The translations under genes and the position numbers were made by a program. A DNA stretch of 64,000 bases, from contig CAJFCJ010000006.1 of the NCBI GenBank assembly GCA_904063045.1, positions 3,054,408 to 3,118,407 on the forward strand, given 5' to 3'. This DNA comes from Dimorphilus gyrociliatus (Eukaryota > Animalia > Annelida). Of the stretch, positions 25,351-38,800 are shown in pieces. Within the stretch, counting starts at the first letter, position 1. Every line of letters begins with the position of its first letter. A model generated the notes under the pieces. That model was not told the DNA's origin. It did no database searches and was given only the letters and a program-made list of their open reading frames with translations.

Positions 25351-28300
25351 TCAATTCTTATTTAAACTAAAGACTCTTGCAGTTCCGTCATCACTAGCAG
25401 TTAAACAATGAGTAGAATTGCTAAAAATAGAAAAGTCGATAATGAAAATTTAGCAAAAAGCCCAAAATCGAAATTAAAACTTACTTGCACAGTTTAAAAT
25501 CTAAAATAGCACTTTGATGCCCGTTAAATTCAGTTATTAAATTACCGTCCCTAACGTCATATTGTCTAACTGTCCCATCCAACCCGCAGGCAAAAAAAAG
25601 CGGCTGGTCTTTTATAAACTGCAGTTGAACTATTCCAACCTGAAATGTTTTATACACAACAATATATTTCTTATACTTTTGTACTCAATGCGTATCAATT
25701 ACTAATAAAAACCAAAGCCAAAAAGACTTTTACTATTCACTTAAAAACATATATACATATAGAGCCTAATATTAAAAATATTAAGAAAATAAACCATGAA
25801 TTAAAGGATCTAACTACGCGCAGTATTTCAAAGGATTAGCTATTTTTATCTAAAAAAAAAAAGTACCGACACATTAACAGTAGGCTCCAAAGTTACAGCT
25901 TTACAAAGTATATACTTTAATTTTTACTTATTATGACTGGCTACTCTCTGATTTACTGTCAATTGAAAATGTTTCTCGTTCCGTGTATTTATATATGTTT
26001 AAATAAAAGCTATGCATGTGTTTTATGTAAAATGTATGGTATAGCTATTAATGAAGTTTGTTACACTCTTAAACGAGAACAACGTTGGTAAGGTGTATAA
26101 TATATAAATTTTATTGGCATGAAAGTGTAAAATACCATACGTCACGGCAGCTTACGTAGCTTAGTCTTTAAGCTATTATGCAATCAATTTAAAACCGAAA
26201 TGAAGTCGCATAAAAAAATATTTTTAGAATAAACGGGAGCTATGGGTTATTCAATAAAAATCAATCTCTTTTTTAGTTGCTATATAGCTATTTTTTCCTT
26301 TTAGTATAAAGTTTGTCTTAAGACTCTCAATTTACTTTATTAATATTTTATTAATAGTAAGACAATCAATTAGAAAATGAAGTTTAGTATATGCTGAAAA
26401 TAAAGCTGACTTTATTATAATAGGTAGAAAGGGGAAAAAAAGGAATCACGTGACCTTAGTTGAAAAATTACCGATATAGTCATGGGTAACTTTTAAACAT
26501 TATTGTTTACTTGAAGCTGAATATAGTCTCTCTCTGAAAGACTAAATAGAACTTGTATGATAAATGTATATATTCCGTGAAAAGGTGCATTGACTGGAAC
26601 AAAACGTGTCGCTTAAGCGATTTACTTCCAAATGATTTACGTAATGTACTCGCTGTCGGAACAAACAACCCATGAACAAATGACTTCTTACAATAAAAAT
26701 AGAGAGTTGCCATGAAAATAGAGATTTTTTTTCTTTCAGCGCAAAATTTACATTTGCTTTTTGTATTATTATAAAAATATTTAACAAGATCTCAAGCATC
26801 GTTCAAGCGTAAGACCTCTTTTTTCAATCTAAATTTGAACGTTTCAATAGCAATTTAGTTTATAAACGATTTTTAATTTACTTTGAACTATTTAAATTCA
26901 GAATCGTCCGATTATAATAACAATAATACCCTAAATAGCCAAGACGTGATATGTTATAAATTATTCTACTTACCCCAACTTGTATTATATGCCTAATATT
27001 CAAACTTGACAAATCCCAAATATGTATAAGACCGGCTAAAGTAGATGTTACAGCTAGGTTCTGGCTGTAAGACGAAAGGAAATAGCATAAATATAGATTA
27101 CTAAATTTCTAAGAACGTTCGTAAACAAATTAATAAAAGTTTAATAGATTTTTTGACTCAATATAGATCAATTTCGTATAGTTGCTTTTAAATAAATATC
27201 TATAACATTATTTACCCAGGTCTTTAAATCTTTTTTCCTTATTCTGTATATAAGAATAATATTTGAACTAACCTTGTACAAAAACTTAGTCCTTCGACAA
27301 CTTCCTCCTTATTTTCATCCTCTCCCTTTTGATTGCTACTACAGTCAAAATTAGCAATTACTTTTCCATTTTGGGCGTTAATTAGAACGGCGGTAGCATT
27401 TTCGAAACCTGCTATTACTAGCGGTTTATTGGGATGGCATGCAATATTTGAAGTTGGGGCACCAGCTGCCAAATAAGAAAGAAAATTCTAATAATTTCAT
27501 CGAAAAAATGTGTATATAGTACTAACAGGCAGAGGGAATATTAAACTGGACAACTGCATCTTTCAAATTCCAAATTTTTACAGAACCATCACTGTAACCT
27601 GATACTAGACGTTTACCTATAGGAAGGTTAGTAAAAAGAAATAAGGATAATGTATGAATATTTCGTATTTTGGAGTAATATATCTTAGTTATAATTTTTA
27701 ATTAGCTAACCATCTGGTAAAAATGTACCACAACCACTGGTAGTAGCATTGCTTAAAATTTTACAATCGCCAGAAGGGACTTTCCATAACCAAATAGAAC
27801 CATCTGTTGTACCAACTGCAATGACATTCCCACTATGATGCCATTTCAACCACTAAACACGTTTAGATTAAATATGTAACACTCAATTGAATACAATTAG
27901 TGCATAATAAAAAAAATTTATTTCATTCACCTCAATATCACTGCATTCACCAGACCAAGCTATTGACTTGTCGGTCATTTTATAGACTTGCACTAAACCA
28001 GACATGTCAGCTGCCGCTAATAGTTGTCCATCGTGATTAAATGAACTATTGCAAACACTATCTTTAAAACCATTACATTCTAATATAATTTCACTATTTT
28101 CTATGTTCCACACGTAGGCCATGTCGTCTTCTCCTCCAGTTACCACATAAGTTGATGAAGGATTGACATCGACACTAAATACGGAACCTAAAAACAGTAA
28201 TTTAGTGCATTAGATAACTTATATATATTCTATCCACCTTTGTGTTTCTCAAAGACGAGAATAGCATCATCAACGACTAATTCTCCCCCACTAGCCTCAT

Positions 28301-28734
28301 CTTCGTCATTCATTTCGAAATCTGCCAGGTCTTGAGCAAGTTCAGCTGAAGAAGAAAAACAATCCTAAATATTAATATATTAGAGAGTGAAACTCTTTTT
28401 GACAGTAAATTAAATAATATTTTTTGATTCCAATTTGGCAACGTTGAGAGGTTAGGGTCACGTCTTATAATTGTAAAACCTAATTATGTTGCGTGATGTT
28501 GGTAGTGGTGCTTGCTTTAAATCACCACATCTATCAAGAATGTCATCCCAAATTGGTGCATAATTATAATTGATCTGATTACTATATTGCGTTTGAGCTG
28601 TCATAAACGTATAAATCTAAAATTTCATTTAATTAACCTCCTTCGCCCTCCTCGTCTAGGCTAATAACCTCAACAAGTTCTCCCATATCTTCTTCGTTTT
28701 CGTTGGCATTGTTATCGCGTTCGTGATCGGACAT
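25351..28734 (-). CDS. AAMP: AAMP/Sqt1-like WD40 protein, about 9 exons, with a 1.3-kb penultimate intron
   Basis: Acidic N-terminus; motifs VTGGEDDMAYVW, LLAAADMSGLVQVY, GIVQLQF..ACGLDGTVRQYDVRDG..FNGHQSAILDF (exon 25639-25485) and LTASDDGTARVF (exon 25420-25351). Confidence 0.9.
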
Positions 28735-30214
28735 CTTGATTGCGAAATTCTGTAACATATGAGGATTTAAGAGAATTACTATATTATCGCTCACTAATAA
28801 TTTTAAGTTAAAGCCTTTTACAGAATAAATTATGATTTAGAGAATAGTTGACGATTATGGAGATAAATTATGCTTACAATATCTCACTTTGAATTTAGAA
28901 TTGGGTTGATAAATATTTTGTCTCGAGATAATAGATATGTTATAAAGTCGCGTGTTTTAGGGGGAAAAAAAGAGTAAAAATCGGTATTGCTAAAAGCAAC
29001 AAAGAAATGAACAAAGAGTTCTATTTCCGTCGAATTTCAGAGAATTGATAATAACATTTCAACAAAATATTTTTCTAAAAATATGTATGGTAAAGAATAC
29101 TTTTGACATTAAACATACATTATAAATTGACATATGTGAAAGTTAGTCAATTGCTGTGTGAGAGAAATAAAAGAATAGTTTACTTTATTGATAAACTTTT
29201 TTTCTTATAAATTATTGATTTTTCACTGAAAAATATTTAAATATTCCAGAGGCTAAACTCAATTCGATATGAATAACAATAAATTAAATATAGAATAAAC
29301 TGCACTCTGCATCAGGTGGGGCGGGAGGAAGGGAATTTGTTTTGTTTCATGGAATTTTTATGGAGGAAAACCACTTCTAAACTGTTTGTTTGAATAATGG
29401 CGTAAACAATTTACCTTATAAACCATCAGCACCTGCATACACATTTCTATATCTTAGAATAAATAATTTGTGTACGATCCCTCTTATTAGCATATTCAAA
29501 TAGGTATTTTGAAAATATACAACTCAACTACAAATTCAACTGCTTCTTAGATCTTTTCGTTTGCTGATAGAAAGCAGTTTAGTTTATTGAATATTATAAT
29601 GGAAATTATATTGACTGAATTATTTTTTCATCACAATGTGAATAATAATGAAAATATTCCAATGGTAATCCCTGTAGACCTAATCTATAGAATTATTACG
29701 TTCTTTTTTCAATGAAAAGCTTTTAATACGCCATCAATCAATTCAGTTGATCGAACGCAGTTCTACTCTTTCTAAGCTCTGACCTATATTATCGTCTATT
29801 TATACTGCAATGAAAGTAGCTTTTTTGTGCTGCAGTTCTTTGCATGTTTAGGGTTGAAAGGAAGTTTGATTGATTGCTGGGACGTAAAACAGAATGAAAG
29901 AAGAGGGAAATGATATGGAAATGATATATGATAATTTTTTATTGCTTGTAGCTTTTTTCGAAGTTTTATTAAGTTGCTTAGTTTTGTTAAGATGTCACTT
30001 AAACTCTGGTTAGAAAGTGTAAACCTTTGAAGAAGAACAGGCAAAGCCTGTACAACCTAGTACTAAAGAACTAATTAATGGTAAATTCATTGCATAAAAG
30101 TAATTGAACACAATATTAGTTTCAAGATTCAACTTTTATGAGAAAACCAAAAAAAGTTGCAGTTCAAATTCTCCTTAGAGAAAAATTTTTCAGACATTTT
30201 TTCGTATTTCCCTT

Positions 30215-30988
30215 TCAGCGAGGTTGATTAATATGGTGGGTTTGTTGAACGGGCCTTTTCTCTTTAGAAGGAATGGGCTTTTCATGGAATTGTTTTACAG
30301 CTTGAGGAGTAAAGTCTTTGTCCCCTTTTCCAACAGCTCCTGATAAGATGACATCAGAATTTCTATCGGGTTTCGGACTGTAAATGAAAATAAATAAAGT
30401 TTAAGAAAAACTTAGAATGATTGATTTATGTTAAACAGAAACAGTCGCGCACAGTTGCATAAATACCACAATACATCATCATTCGCTTCATGGACTATTT
30501 ATATTCGTATTTACTTAAGATGAAGTTGGCATGATGTATGAACTAAACTTACCATATGTAATTTATCATTGATTTTTCTTTTGTATAGAATATTATTTAG
30601 ATTATATTATATACTATATTAATAATTAGCATAAACGCTATATATCTTATAATGTTATTACAGCATTAATAAACTTCAAATACAATGAAACTTACTCTGA
30701 TCCATATTCTTGCTCTTCCTTCTTTATTTCGTTTGAAGATATCTTTTCATTTTCAGAGTTTCTTCTATGTTGCCCGTGACGACTTCCACCAGCTTTAACT
30801 GTTAAAACGAATTGAAAATTTTGTACTAGATAAAAGATACGCAAATATTGCCAGCATAAACACCGTTAACGTTTTGATTTCGATACATAAAAATACATGT
30901 TCATTACAAAAGCTATTATATTAATTATATATGTATTACCTGCAGGAGGATGTCCTGCAACTAATTCTTTATCGTTAGTGTCAGACAT
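30215..30988 (-). CDS. DAP: Death-associated protein 1 (DAP/DAPL1), 104 aa, absent from the ORF track. Exons 30988-30940, 30798-30696, 30377-30215
   Basis: Spliced product MSDTNDKELVAGHPPAVKAGG...ILSGAVGKGDKDFTPQAVKQFHEKP...HHINQPR matches the DAP1 signatures AGHPPAVKAGG, GDKDF and I.QPR. Exons total 315 nt in frame. Confidence 0.92.
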
Positions 30989-31663
30989 GTCTGCAATACA
31001 AAGTAATAATTATATAACTGAAGACACGTTGTAAGGTTGCTTACTTTCTTATCGATAGTCACAAAAATTGTCGGGCTATCACGCGAGACTTTGGAAATTA
31101 CTACTCTCCGCTTAAGTATTGATCATTTAATACACATCTAAGCACTTTTATGTTATAGACTACTCTAAACGTATATATTTAACTATTTTGCAAATTATAT
31201 CCTCTGCATAGGTTAAAGTTACTGTTTTTATATAAAGAACTATTTTGAATCATTCAATTCAGACCCGCTTCAAATAGCTGACACTATAGTCTGGTTTGTT
31301 TTTTTTCAAACTTTCAAATCGGAACAAACTTTTAAATTTCCCGATTTTTTTCAAGTCATGTTATTTCACTCAACATCAATTTTTTAAAAATAAAACGATA
31401 CAAATCAAAGATATTCTCTTTAAGTAAATAAAGACAAACACTAGTTTATAGCTTTGTAACCCATTTTTCATATGATTCCTTAAATTCGTCTGGCGCAACA
31501 TGTTTAGACTTGAAATAATCTACATAAATACAGCATGAAAAAGGGCTTAGACGGTTGTATAGAGGTGTTTTCTGGCATTTTAGATAACAGTACTTATTTA
31601 TTTAATGTTAAAAATTACTTTTAAAACCAAATTTTCGCAGAAACTGTACGTAAAAAATCAATA

Positions 31664-33092
31664 ATGGATAAAACAACAATTTCATCAAGAGCAAAAATTA
31701 GTAAATCTGCAGAAAAGTTCAGATCTCGCAGTCTTTCAAGTCATCGTTTTAAACCAAAGAGATGTAACAAAAGAAGAAATGATTTCACTCCAAATGCACT
31801 ATCTCAGTTTAGCGATGACTTATCCTGGCCCTTTGGTCTACCTGGAAACAGCTTACCAGTATCCTTGAATAATTCTGGTAATCATATTATTATAAATCCT
31901 TTAGTTCACTCTGACTTATTTCAATAATGTTCTAAATTAAGAATTCGACAGCTTAAGATTATCTTACCTAATTCTATTTATTTGTATTTTCCTGATAGTC
32001 GAGGCTCATCAAAACAAACCTAAGAGTGACGACGAAAAAGATCCCAATAACCCAATAAAAACAAGAGTTGAAATAGAAACCATTACAGCGCCCTACAACT
32101 CAAGATTACCTACATCAACGCCCACAAAAAAACGAAAGAATCCATCCTCAGTTCATTCCAAAGGATATTTATCGACAATAAAACACATAGAACGTAAGCA
32201 ACATAAAAACTCGAACAAAGAAAATGATGAGGATTGCACATGTTTAGAAGATTTGCAAGCAACAAAATGCGAGTCCAACAATGAACTACCAAGTGAAGGC
32301 ACTGTCACTGATCTTTTGAACGGAAAGGAGAATGTTATTGACAACGATAGTCAAAAAGATTGCATAGAGGATGACATAAAAGAAACTATACCAAAGGAAC
32401 AGGCTCCCAAAGATAATAATTTAAACAATAATAACGGTTCTGAGTCTGTGGAAATAAGGAATACCAACAGAAAAGATGCAAGGGACCACCGTCCATATAT
32501 TTATAGGGATTACAGATCAAAAAGCCGAGAGAGTAGGCGCGATAAATGCCCTCATTGTAAACTATTAAAGGGCGACGCTGGTAATGGCATTCCAAAGACT
32601 AGATTTCATTGCCGTTGTCAGTGTGTTACTAAAGAAGCAAATTCCTCGGAGAGTAGTGAGGAAAGTATTGCTGAGAGTGATGAAGAGGTCGACGATGATG
32701 ATAATCATAGTAACGAAACAGACGACGATGACGGCGATTATGACGACGACGAAGACTGTCATGATAATAACGATGATCATGATATCGAACGTCGTCGAGA
32801 TATTGAAAAGAAAATTGTACGTATTTCTTTTCACTCTTATAATTATCCCCTTCAATACGTAAGGTCTTATATTGAGTACTAAAAATAATATGTTAACCCT
32901 CCCCCTCCTCCAATACATAAAACAGCCTATACTTTATAAAATTTAACATTAACACTCGGCTTAGTAAGCGATAACGAAGAAAAATAAATTGTTTTTCTTT
33001 CAACAGCCATCGTGTTGTTTGCAAACGATAAAACAATTAATGAATAACAGGGATTACAGACATTCTGATGTGGAAGCTAAAGGTTTATATAC

Positions 33093-33154
<62 letters not shown>

Positions 33155-35282
33155 TTACTTATATACTGTATACGTTTATGTATGTAAGCATACGTACAAA
33201 GAATATATTTGTTACTAACAGAATTACATCATCCAACAACACATCGGAAAGAGAAAAAGAGAAAATCAAGTGGAAAGTCTAAAAAAATTTCCAAGAAACC
33301 CAGCGGTAAAATTAGAAAAATAAATAAAGGGAATTACATGTAATTTTTGATTATTTTCATTTCAGTCTCCCCGGACGAAAAGCTAAGTTGGAATACCCAA
33401 TTTAGTCTAGCGCTTTTACCAATAAAGAAAGAAAATGCGGACCTAAGGCGGTAAATATAAAAAGATAACAACTATATTATTATGTATTAGGGAGGAAGAA
33501 TGGAAATATATAAATTATTCTTTATTAGGAAGATAAGACTGTTAGAAGAAAAGAATACGGAAACTGAAAGAAATTTGGCAACAGAATGTAAATAGCTAGA
33601 AATTATAAAATATTTTGCATCTTTTCCTTTATTTTGCTCCTCAATTCAGCTGTTATCATTAAAAATATGAAGGATTTAGAAGATAAGTATTATAAAATAA
33701 ATAAAGTGAATCAACAACTAGAGGATCAAGTTGAGAAGATGAAAGGCGAAAGACAAACTCTTGTAGATATGTTGAAATCACGTGATGATAATCATGAAAA
33801 GATTTCTAGGGTGGGTAACATAATATATATATTTATACTGTATGTATCAATTGAAAGTGATTAAATTTTGTTACTTAGACTTGGCATTCTGAAAAAACTA
33901 GCCTTCTAAAAGAGTTAGAGATTGAAAGAGTTGCGAGAACAACCCTCGAAAAGAAGTATGATAAAGATGTTAAACATTACAAGTTTCTTATCAAGTAATA
34001 TTTATTTTTACCTCTTATTTTTAATTGAAATATTTCGCTACTCTTTACTATTAATTGAAATTTTTGCCTATTTTTATATTTAAATTAAATGCGACTCTTA
34101 GTTACATTTTGTTACAGGGAAATTCAACAGAATTTATCGAGATTGCTATGCGAATTAGGTCAAGAACCACAAGTTATTGTAAATTGTCGTAAAGGCTCAG
34201 AGAAAATTGGACAAGGTTCAACAAGAGGCAGACAATACGAATATTTCGAAAATGACTCTGCCCACAATTCTCACGTCTTTAATTCGAAACCACCAAGCCA
34301 TAGTTTAGAGTTTAAAATGAATCCTAGCTTTGCCAATCAATTTCAAACGCATGGGAAAAAATTAAGTAGCGGCGCACAAAGCGCTGTTGAGAAGATGAAA
34401 AGCCTTATTAAGTACATATCATATATATTTTAATAGTTAAGAACGTACAAGTTTTTTAATTAAATCTCTGTCAATATTTTTATATCTTCTTTTTACAGTT
34501 CAGCAACTGGAGATTTCAACTCTAAACCTTTACAAACTAGCTCACCTAGGAGCAAAACGTCTAACCAAGATTTTTATCCTAATCATTTCGATGAAAGGTC
34601 AGAGAAAACTTCAATTTGGAATGATCAGAATGCAGATTTATATTACTATGATACGAAAAAAATAACGCTCAACGGCTCTTCCATAGATAAGCAGTCTTAT
34701 TCAAGAACGTTATTTGAGAATGGTGTTAGTGAAACGAAATACGGTAAAAGATCTGGTACGAGAAAAAGATACGGAGAGTTAAATACTAATGCTAATGCTT
34801 CTTTGGATAGTTCATCATTAGATTCGGACGATACCTTATTGAATATGGACGCAAAATTGATTAATTCCAAAGAGATTGAAACTATAAATGGAGATGATAC
34901 ATCTACAGAATATTTCTTTTTACCCGGTTGTAATTCACCAGCTAAATTAAAATCTAATAAAGACATTTTAAAAATGACTGCCGACGACGAAGAAGCAGAT
35001 TATGCAAGATTGAACGAGGATAATAATCGACCAATATCTAAACCCATTTCAGAGTATTCCGTTGAAGAATCGAGACTCAGTGTTAGTGAATATTTCAAAA
35101 AGTATGAAAAAACTAGACCTAAATCGGACCTTGTAAGTTCAGTTAGTGTTGATACCTATACAACTGAAAAGAGACAAAAAGACTATACAAACTTTCAAAA
35201 AGGTCTTAGAAGCATAGACGAAAGTATTGCTAAAATTCAAATGCATCTTGTCGAAGATATAGAAACATCTTTTAATAAGTAA
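31664..35282 (+). CDS. Coiled-coil protein, probably CCDC14-like (centriolar satellite), about 9 exons
   Basis: Spliced LALLPIKKENADLRRKIRLLEEK and EIQQNLSRLLCELG resemble recalled CCDC14 segments (IALQPLRSENAQLRRQLRIL; LQTSMAKLLSDL). Long disordered and acidic flanks; phase-consistent introns. Confidence 0.55.
33096..33153. repeat. (TA)29 microsatellite in an intron of the CCDC14-like gene
   Basis: Uninterrupted TA run, the longest in the window. Confidence 0.95.
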
Positions 35283-35802
35283 AAATAAAGGAAAGAAGAG
35301 AATATAGCTAGATAGATCAAATTTTTTTTATCTCTATTAGTAACGTTTATATCATTTATGAATCTTTTGTAACCATTTTAACGTTTGTAAGATCAACAGT
35401 GAACAATTTTTTTAATAATAAATATTCATAAAACTTTATGAATATTCATAATAAAATTATAAAGGGTATCAATAGATATTTATTTAAGCCACAAGCTTTC
35501 CAGGTTTTCTTTTTTTTTGTTAGTTAATTGCTTCAATTCTATTGGATTATTTGTAAGAACTAGTAACATCTGCCAGCTTTTCTAAAAGTTATTCTATTTA
35601 CAAATTATTAATAATAATGATAAATGCTGTACAGCTGTCGGTTTATCGCATTAAAGATTTTTTTTTAACAGAATGAGAAAGATTACGTCTGATTGGATTT
35701 TTATCTTCTTTAACCAAACTTGAAATTTGGCGCATTTAACTGTTTTCTTTTTTTTTTTATAGAAAAAATGTCAATATTTTTTTTATGGAAAAATATTTAT
35801 TA

Positions 35803-38800
35803 TTATTGTTCTTCCGCCCTTTCTTCTTTATCTTCTGTTTCTTCGCCTACTGCTATTCTTGGCGAGGGAATTCTTATTTCTCCCGACGTAACTGGCCTTG
35901 GGATTGTTATACTACTTGCACGTCCGTCTTCTAGTTCATCTTCATCGCTAAAGTTTTCCGTCACTGTCTCTGTAATAAACGTGCCTGTGTCTTCTTTATT
36001 TAGTATGTATTCAATTTCTTGGTCGGCTGCGGTAGTCAATCTAGATGTTGAGGTTGTCGGTCTGGTTCTATCAGCAGTTTCCACACCAGATTTCGACCTA
36101 TCTAAGGATGGTTTTGCTATTGATTGTTTTGGTTGTAGTTGAGATAAGGATATATATTTGCTTTTCTGTTGGGTGAAAAATTTACTAAATAACAAAACAC
36201 GCCATCTATTGTATATAATATACTTACAATTTCTGGTTCGCCTTTTTTGCGATAAATTAAACGGTTCAGCTGCTCTATTTTCCTCTCTTCTTCATCATTT
36301 AAAGCGATTTGAGCGGATATATTGATTTTAGTATTTAATTGCTTAACATTCTGTTTAATTTTCGACACCATTTCCAGATCTTCAGTAGGACTAATATCCA
36401 TACATTCTAGCGAATTTTTCAATTCTCTGCAATAAAAAGTTTCGTTAGCTTCAATTGAGTTGGGAAAAGTTATAGAAAGGGATATTTACTGTCTTACGAT
36501 TGGACTATCTTCAACCAAATACCTAGCTTGAATAATGTCTCCTACTTGTTTGTTAAAGACTTTTAGACGTTGAAGTGACCTACACGCCTCAGCTCTTATT
36601 CCTGGTTCGCTTTCGAACCTCAAAGCCCAGAGTAATGTTTCAATAATTTTTTCATTAACAACACCGATTGTTCCAAAAGCTTGAATGGCTAAAGCTTTAA
36701 CTTTCCATATAGGATCATAAGTTGCTAAGAAACCTAGCTTGTCTAGGACTAATTCATCCTTGATCTTTAAGCTGGCTGCTGTTATGCAAGCCTCAATTCG
36801 TACCGAAACATATGCATCGTCAAAACATCCAATAAAGGCCGGTAGAAGTTTAGCGGTCATAATACCAAGGTGACCAACTTTACTAATAGCTTCAACTCTC
36901 TCTCTTTCACTGCCAGTCATTATCCTATTACGTAATTCATCATGAACATCCTTACCATGACCCGTTCTTCCTAAGACTTGCGCTGCTGCTTTTCGTACTT
37001 CGCTATGCCAATCAGTCCACATTAATTGCGTAAGTTTATGTACAAGATCCCTATTTATTTGTCCATATAAACTGGGTAAGGTTTTCGCAGCTATAATTCT
37101 ATGCCTCCAGCTAGAGCTATTTAATTTTTCGCCAAGCATCGATTGGACCAAAACGGAATTTTCACTTAATTTTGATAATAAATATTGAGCTCGTTCATGC
37201 CTAATAGTATCTTCCGTATTTAGTAAATGCCATATAATTTCAGTTACAATCTCCGAATCGCATTCTCCATAAAACGACAGACATTGAGCGGCAGTCCATC
37301 TATCTATAGATTTGTCTTTATGCAATGTTTCTCTAAGAATTTGCTCGGCTTTTTTGATTGGTCTTTCAAGGATAAACATTGCTATTGCCGCTGCTCGTCG
37401 AATTTCTTCCGAGTCATCTTCTAAAAGACATTCAATGGCTGTGAATAGTCTTTCCGGTAATAGTTTGGCAATATTTCTAACTTTTTCACCCTTGTCCAAA
37501 TCTATAAGACCTTCCTGAACGGGTGCTCTATATTCAACAGCTCTTGCACAAGTTGATATTGCTTTTAAACGAATATGCGGATGTAAATCGGCCATATCTT
37601 TTATTAGATCGTCAACATCAGCATCACCGTATCTTAAATCTAAATGCCACTTTGATGTCCAATCGTCTACAACTTGCACAAGTACGTTATTAGATCGGGC
37701 AAGGCGTTTTGCTAATGGATCGGGAGACTTCAACCTAAATTTAGTCTCTGTGACAATCTTATCTCTTTCGACGAGTTGCATTTCATCCTAAAAGGAAAAA
37801 ATACTTAAAATAATGATCATAAAAACAAGATTAAGTCACAAAAATAGGTGATAAAGCCAAAAAACAAAGATATCAACTATTCGCCAATCTCCATGCAGCC
37901 AGTCGTTCTCATAATTCATTCAAAGTTCTTTTCAAAAAAAAAACAACGAAAATATGCTTTTCATGCATTTTTTTTATCATTAAAGAGTAAATGTAAATCT
38001 AATCATTCCTATAGCAATCAAACTAATAGCAGCAGATAGAAGAGATACACTCACTATAAATGCAAACAAATGCATTTAATATGGCTTTGCTTGAAGCAGA
38101 AGCTAAGCTGAATTTTAATTTACAAGAGTATAGCCTAACTAATCATGCAGAGATATAATTATATCCCTTGTTGAATAATGCTTTTTAAAAATTAGCAATA
38201 CACTTAAACCTTTTCATCTTCAGCAAAGTGAACGCTACGTTTCGTTTTTTTTATCTTAATTATTTGTTGATTCTCTTTAGGATCAACAAGATTCGCCGTA
38301 TCTTTGGCCTGTTTTTTTTTTAAATTTCGATATTATCTTGTCTTGTTTTAAAGTTGACAAATATTCACATTATTAAATATGTATACAGTATTGATATATG
38401 TGTGTATATTTAGATGATTGATGGACGCTATTCAATTAAGTATACTTACACCAATGGGTTCTGGTAGGGATTCCCATCTTCTGAGACCTTTTTGGTACTT
38501 AAGAGGAGTTTCTACTTTATTTCCTTCGGTTGATGGATACCAGTTTTCAGCCGAAATCGGTTCCTGTTAATATATCTCTTAGTTAATACATGTACCTATA
38601 TATATATATATATCCTGAAATACTAATTATAAACAGAGGCTAAACCAACCTCTTTCTTAAATTTTATTTTATATTTATTATTATTTTTCATAAGAATCAC
38701 ATTCTCTTCGTCTTTTTGATGAACTTGATCAATACCTTTAATTAAAAGGTTCTCGTTAATAACTTATTTAATATATATTACAATTATCGTATCAATTACC

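Noticed and set aside
26575-26672. Two TTCC...GGAACAAA hairpins as an H/ACA snoRNA
   Set aside because: The first hairpin is too short and weak and has no clear pseudouridylation pocket; kept only as part of the AAMP intron note.
26897-26930. Proximal AAMP acceptor giving GIIVIIIGRF-stop (apparent truncation)
   Set aside because: The true last two WD exons were found at 25639-25485 and 25420-25351.
29796-30044. 82-aa minus-strand ORF
   Set aside because: Non-ATG start in the DAP 3' UTR; no motif.
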